Source of the DNA: Eledone cirrhosa
Lineage: Eukaryota
NCBI GenBank assembly: GCA_964016885.1
Contig: OZ024742.1
Span: forward strand, 103,168,001-103,232,000
DNA: 64,000 nt
Direction: 5' to 3'
The stretch's first letter is position 1, and every line of letters starts with the position of its first letter. The notes under the pieces were generated by a model, which was not told the origin of the DNA, ran no database searches, and saw only the letters and a list, made by a program, of their open reading frames with translations. The position numbers and the translations under genes were made by a program. Positions 57,541 to 64,000 of the stretch are shown here, piece by piece.

Positions 57541-60500
57541 TTCTTTTTATTTGCCACCAGGGCATCAAAAAGTGGGACAAGTACAATGGGGGGAGTTTAC
57601 ATAAAAAGGCGTCCTATATAAGGAGGAGGCAATAACAAAATATAAAAATAATATATAAAATATAACAAAAATAAATTTAATAACAAAATCCTCAAAAGGG
57701 AGGAGGCGCCTTGGGGGGTCGCACACACCCCTGAAAAAAGTGTGCAACCCTTCTCCTCAGGAACACAGAGAGGGGGTGCTCCCTTGATCTTTCATCTTCC
57801 TCACCTATAGTCTGATGTAGAGTGAAGGCCCATTCACACGGGCCATTCTCTCCACTTTCACCCATCTTTCATAAAAACGGCTGGGGTGCAGCACCTCTCT
57901 CTCCATCCGGATCCTTCTTCCGAAATGATATCGGAAGAAACGGACCAGTTGTTGGCCAGAGAGAAAGGTGTCTGACCTCAGTCCTTTCAGACGCGTCCAC
58001 CATACAACCTCTTTCGCCATGGCTATTACGCACAGAAACACCGCCTCTTCTTCGTTTTTGAAGAGGGGAGGCGGCTTGATCGTTACAATAGACTCGGTGG
58101 TCAACCGGATCGGTCCCACCCTTGACAGCAGTTGTTCGACATAGCCCCACAGATCGGCAATGCCCGAGCAATGTACCAATGCGTGTGCAACGGTTTCCTC
58201 GTCGCACACGCATCTGGGACAGATTTCTTTCGAGGGGTCCCTACCCGGGCGCCCGTGTCTGTAGAGCCTTTCTCGAACGGGCAGAGCCCCTCGGTAGCAC
58301 TGCCAGGCCAGGGACCTCTGGAAGTTATCCATGGGTCCCGGGCTGAATGTCCTACCGAACAGGTTGGCCAGTTCGTCTTCCTCCATGCCTAGGGCTTCTC
58401 CGAGGGCGTCGTCGCACCTGCTAACCACCAGCCCTCTATAGAATGACGAGGTGGATTCTCCACTGACAGCCGCGTCCGCCTGCCAGAGAGCCGTGAGCGC
58501 CTGGGCACACTCGGTGTGCCAGGCGCCCAGTTTTCTCGGTCTTTGCTTGACCCAGGATTGCAGCTCGGTGAGCGAGACGAGTCTGGGAAAGGCTCGCCTC
58601 ACAAACGGGGCCCACACCGGTTGACCGGTGAGGAATAACTGGAGGTGCCGTAGCCTTAATGCGTGTTTACGCATCATCAGCCCCGGCATCCCCAGCCTTC
58701 CTTTCAAAGGGTGTTGACAGTCTGGGATCTCCTCACCATAGGAGCCCGCTTCTTCCAAAGGAATTGGAAGAGTGCGCGCTCCATTTTGGCGAGCGTTTCC
58801 CTTGGGCAAGGCACGACGGTCATGCGGTAGTAGATGACGGACGCTATATAAGTGTTCGCCACCTCCGTCCGACCTTTCAGGGACAGTTTGCACTCGGCCC
58901 ACTTCTGGGTCAGTGCAAACACCCTGTTCGTTACCTCACCCCAGTTCTTCTCCACCTGGAGGTCTGGTCCGAACCAGACCCCGAGCAACTTCACCGGGCC
59001 CTCCGTCCAGCGCCCGACGACGCCATCGGAGGGCATCGATTTGCCCCTCCACGTGCCGAGTTGCAGACCGATCGACTTGTCCCGGTTCAGCTTAGCCCCT
59101 GCAACAACTCCAACTTCCGCAGCAGTGGCTCTAGAGTCACTACATACAGAAGGGAGGAGAGAGGGCACCCTTGTCGGATGGACCGCGCGATTTCGAACGG
59201 CTCCGAGAGGTAGCCGTTCACCTTGACCCTAGAGCAGATGCGGTTGCTGTGCATGGCCTTGATCCAGCCCCTGAAAACGGGTCCGAAGCCTGCCGCCGCT
59301 AGCACCGCATCCAGGTAACCATGTTCGACCCTATCGAACGCCTTAGATTGATCCAAGTTGATCAGGGCCTCACCAAAGCCGGGTTCGTTCCCAACCCTCT
59401 CTATGATGTATCGCATGAAGTGGAGGTTGTCGTGGATGGACCTGGACGGGATAGCACATGTCTGCGCATCTCCCACCAGGTTGCCTACGACAAGCGCCAA
59501 CCTCTTTGCTAGCACCTTGGCCAAAATCTGTAACTCTGTATTTAGCAGAGTTATGGGCCTGAAATTATTTATATCGTCCCCCTTGTTCTCGTCCTTCCTC
59601 CCTAGCGTGGCTACGCCCTTGGTCACAGCACAGGGAATTCTCCCGTTCTATTGCCAGTTGCAGTAGACCGCCTCGAGGAGATCGGGGAACAAATTCGGCA
59701 TAGCTAGATATAGTTCGTATGGAAGACCATCGAGACCCGGGGATTTGCGTTTGCCGCATTGGCTCAGCACGTCCTCTATCTCAGCGGCTGAAATCGGCTC
59801 CTCGCAGGACTTCGCCTCCCTGTCCGAGAGACGCGGCAGGCCGTCGAGGTATGGACCGAAGTCCACTTCCCCAACCGGCTCCCCGCCTTTTCCGAACAAT
59901 CTGGCAAAGTGCTTTTGAAAATCCCCGCACATCTGCTTAGGTTCAAGGATCACCCGTCCATCCTGGTCTCGCAAAGACCGGATAGTGGATCTACTCCCTC
60001 TTTTGGCTTCTGTCACGCGGGCCCAGCTAACAGCTTTGGTCCCCTCGTTTCCCAGAGCACGTATTTTGCTTCGGATCATGCAGCCTTCGTGTTTCGCGTC
60101 GAAGAACTGGCCCAGGGCCGTTCTCGACGCTAGCACTCTGGCCACATCGCCGCTTCTAATTGCCTCTTCTACACTATCTACCAACTCCCTTTCCTTCCTA
60201 TTTCTATTTGAGGCTAACTCCTTACTAAATTCTATAGAGACTACTCTAATCACTCTTTTGAGAGATCCCCCACCACCTGCTGTTGACGATGGCGCCCGTC
60301 AACCGCTCCTTAACTAAAGTGCTAATCCGGTCCCTGTAAGCCTTACTTGCCGGTAAGGACAAGTTGAGCTTCCAGTAACCGGGTCCCTGTCTATGCGTTC
60401 TGTCAAGGTTGACCATGCAGGTCACTAACTTGTGGTCTGAATAGCCAACCATGCGCATTTTTGGACAACTTAAAAAGTCCTTATCCTTATTTCTAACCAA

Positions 60501-60990
60501 GAACCTATCTAGGTACGACCTAGATGATCCGCTGAGGTTTGCCCAAGTCCAGGTTGGCGCAGTCGGAAAATCTAGTCGATATCTATCGGCCAAATCAAAT
60601 CGACCGATTAACCCTTTGAGGCTATTACACCCCTCTCTATCGGGACAGGCCCCTACGTAGTCCCAACGTGCATCTAGGATACCATTCCAGTCCCCCACTA
60701 ATAGCAAGGAGCGGGACGTCCCTAGAAAAGTCTCCAGACGATGGAAGAAGTCCGACCGCATTGACCCGAAAGGGCCGTAGACGGCTACCAACCTAAACGC
60801 TTCGCCTTCACCACTGCCAAGGTCCAGAACCACTAGTTGACCCCCCCGGGTCCAAATGTACCGTCTGTGTTGCGAAACCCAGATGTTTTTGCAGTAGAAC
60901 GACAACCCCACCCCCACCTCCGGGCTGACAGAGAGATGCGTGCATATCAAAGTCATCAAAGGTGGGCGGGGGAGGGGGGGCACACGTCCT
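57541..60990 (-). mobile_element. 5'-truncated Tx1/L1-clade LINE ORF2 (APE + RT + C-terminal Zn knuckle), frameshifted
   Basis: APE: FRLVAVYGP, LLVGDWN, YLDRFLV, SDHKLV, GYWKLN. RT: KSPGLDGLPYELY, NFRPITLLN, LDQSKAFDRV, RQGCPLS. CPRC...ETVAHALVHC. The 3' AATAAAAAGAAA abuts (TATC)n. Confidence 0.92.
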
Positions 60991-61280
60991 CTTTAAAGTT
61001 GTTTTTTAGTGTTTTATATGTGTCCTCTGGGGCCTTAATCATTTTGAGGTGGGGGAAATCCCCTGCCTGGGTGAAGTTAGGCCCTTGGGTTTTTACTAAA
61101 TTGTTGTACACAATGTTTAGCAGTTTTTTTATTTCTTGTGTTTATGTATGTGTATGCGTTTTTGTTTTTGTGTGGTGTTTTTTGTTTGCTGTTGTTGTGT
61201 GCTCTTTTGTGTTGGTGTCTGTGTTATGTTTTGGGGAGGGGTTGTTTTCATTTGTGTGTCTGAGGTGTGTTTTCTTTTTT

Positions 61281-61330
<50 letters not shown>

Positions 61331-62800
61331 TGAGAAAGATCGGGTGTGAGAGAGAGATTTAAACTTAGGGCGCATTTAATCTGACGCCCTATCGACTATT
61401 TACCACCACTCCTTCAAATTATACTCTACTGTTTAAAAAGAGAAGTACACATTGCATAAAGTAGATCAAGAGACATTTGTCTGTAAAAAAAATAATAATA
61501 ATAAGACGTGGTGATGACAGCTGGATCAACTTTAATCCTAGATCTGCTTGATCAGAGCTGATCTGGGATTAAGGAACTACAAAAACATAGATATCAACTT
61601 GAAGCTTCCTGTTTCTTAACCTGTTGCACCCAGTGCATAACCATTTTGATAACTATTTATTTTATGGCGTTTAGATCTATTTAAAATCCTTTCACCATAA
61701 TTTTAAGCAAAAACATTTCTAAAGTTACAAACTAGCTTAATAATGATAAATTTATGTTTTTGTGAAGGCGCGTGATTTGGTGGCGTGATGTCTATCTAAG
61801 GAAGACTCTTTATTTTGCGTTGCTTCAGTCCACTCGGCTGACAAAAATGAGTTGTAATTGTAATTCAGAGGGCCTATCTTGTTACACCTGAGTCACGCTG
61901 AATTTCCCTGAGAACTATGTAAAAGTTATATGTGCCTGTGGAATGTTCAGTCACTTGCATGTTCATTTTACGAGTAGGCTGGATCACTCGTCGTTAGAAA
62001 CGAGGAAGGTCAATACATTTTTTAATCGATCGACAAGATCCCTTACCCCATTCGCTTACCGAGTTGGGTGGAACTCATCCCATTAGACCAAGGAAACAAT
62101 GTTTCCATTGGTATTTCCCTTGCTGATACTATCTACCGGTCGCAACTCCAGGTAGAAGGAGCAACGTGGAATAAAGTTTCTTGCTCTAGGGCATAACGCA
62201 TCGCCCGATCTGAGAATCGAAATCACAACCCCACGACTGAGAATCCAATTCTCTAACTAATACATACAAAGCTTTACATTACTGATACTTACCAAATTTT
62301 TGATTATTTTCAAAATCAACTGAAAATTATAGTCAATGTCTTTTTTTTCGGAATTATGATAACGAAAGGGTTAAAACTAATGGAAAATTTCTCAAACCAC
62401 TTTCGGTTTAAAGCAGTGGTCTTTAAACCTCCCATGGTATTTTATTTACCAGTAATGACCTTTGGTTAATGCTTGGCTCTGCAACACCGATATGAAGTGA
62501 ATTGTTGGTCTAACTACTAGGTTATCATTGGCACTTTGTACCTGTATATAAGTGTGTAGTTTAATCCTTCTCTGAAAGATGTCTGCTGTGTTCGGAAATG
62601 GGCTAGAAAGGAAATGGGCTCTGCCAGGTTTTAACCCCCCCCCCCCCCCCCCCCAAATAAACCCCGCCCGTATGTCACTACGGCGCCCCAACGACTTCGT
62701 CATGAGTTACGAGACCATACATTTAAACATACATACAAGTGTGTAGAGTCAGTGAACTGATCCCGTAGGGTATAGTCCCGTAGGGTATAGTCTATTTCTG

Positions 62801-63080
62801 GAGGCGGCGAATTGGCAGAGTCGCTAGAACGTCGAATAGGATGTTTTGCGATATTCCTTCCGTCTCGCTGCTCTCTGAGTTCAAATCCCACCGAGGTCAA
62901 CTTTGTCTTTCATTCTTTCGACAAAAAATGCACCACGACTCTCTCACCTTCTGTCTGTCAGTCTTTCTCTGTCTTTCTCCGGAAGAAATCGGCTGTTTTC
63001 AGGCGTGGTGAGAGGATGGGCTCTGCCAGGTTTAAAGTGCCCATGGTACGCTGTATAATCAATAAAATGAGGTACCAGTC
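62801..63080 (+). mobile_element. Family 1 SINE interrupted by the GGGCTCTGCCAGGTTTAAA repeat
   Basis: SINE head/core at 62801-62922, resuming at ~63058 (aataaaatgaggtaccagtc). Confidence 0.65.
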
Positions 63081-63405
63081 ATGAAAGGTGGATTGGTGGA
63101 ATTCTGTCTTCATGTCACCGCAAAAGTGGTGAGATGACATAATAAGACCGGGGTCCCTATCATTAAAATACAACAAAATTGGAGTAGACTTCGCTGTCAT
63201 TTCCTGAGTAAATTAGATAAGATTGATCAATAGATCGATAATGACAAGATTCAAACTGAAAACTAAAGGACACCGCCGAGAAAAATAATGGACTGCACGA
63301 GCCCTAAAAACAACAAACAAAACAACGTTTAATAAGGACACGTTTTAACGCCGACCACTCAGTTAATCTCTAAAATATTTTAATATTTTAATATTTCCTG
63401 CCATC

Positions 63406-64000
63406 AGGGCGGTGGATTGGCAGTATCGGTAGAGAGTCAGAGACCAAGCTTTGCAGCATAGAGTTACGCCCCTTTATGATCTGAGTTCAAATCCCGCCGA
63501 GGTTAACTTTGCCTTTCATTCTTACGGGGTCGATAAAATAAAGTACCAGTCACACACTGGTGTCGATTTAGTCGACTTTCCCCTCCCCCAAATTGCTGGC
63601 CTTATGCCTATATAAGAAACCAATATTTCCTGCTATTGAGGTGTTTTTTCTGGCTTTTTTACACCCTGCAGTTAAATTGGTTGAGCGTCAGACAAATTAC
63701 CATTGCGGTATTTATTCTCGTTCCTGATATTCTGAGTTCAAATTTTGCCCAGGTCAACTTTGCACTTCATGGGGTTGATAAAATTAAGTACCAGTCTTTC
63801 CCTCAAATTTACTGGCCCTGTGCCTAAATTAGAAATTAATAGTTACTCTCTATATTTACTCTCTATGGATTTGTGTCAATATGCCTGAAAAGAGCTAAGG
63901 GAAATAATTGTTTCTACTTTTGGCACAAAGCCAGCAATTATTCCAGTGTATTACTGGTACTTTATTTTATCGACCCCGTAAGGATGAAAGGCAAAGTTAA
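63406..64000. mobile_element. Cluster of three family 1 SINEs (63406-63625 +, ~63650-63840 +, 63903-64000 -, running off the window)
   Basis: Conserved boxes, core and tail. Confidence 0.8.

Noticed and set aside
57822-60660. Plus-strand ORFs overlapping the Tx1-like LINE (and likewise those overlapping the Helitron)
   Set aside because: Antisense shadows of the coding strand.

Overview
Gene-free, repeat-saturated eukaryotic DNA. It is probably octopus or another cephalopod (inferred from the dominant tRNA-derived SINE and the microsatellite load; not verified). No host protein-coding gene can be supported. Coding-derived elements: a frameshifted Helitron (RepHel) with a head-to-tail deletion derivative (838-7651), a decayed Penelope-like element with RT and C-terminal GIY-YIG (8.35-9.8 kb), a CRE-like fragment, an R4/Dong-like LINE (33.3-35.5 kb) and a Tx1/L1-like LINE (57.5-61 kb). 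Non-coding repeats: a 7.5-kb ACC/AAC compound satellite, four full-length copies of a 0.6-kb non-autonomous RTE derivative, many SINEs and several MITEs. The most interesting signal is invisible in the ORF track. Between about 35.9 and 57.1 kb, (TA)n microsatellites host at least six sequence-distinct non-coding elements carrying type I hammerhead ribozyme motifs (stem I-CUGANGA-stem II-GAAA-stem III-NUH-stem I'). Stem III is a different palindrome in several families, and most insertions are back-to-back inverted pairs whose 3' ends face out into the TA arrays. Two elements repeat the cleavage site directly, at 2310-nt and 320-nt spacing, as expected of retrozymes/circular-RNA-derived elements. 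All folds were read by eye and need covariance-model and in vitro confirmation.
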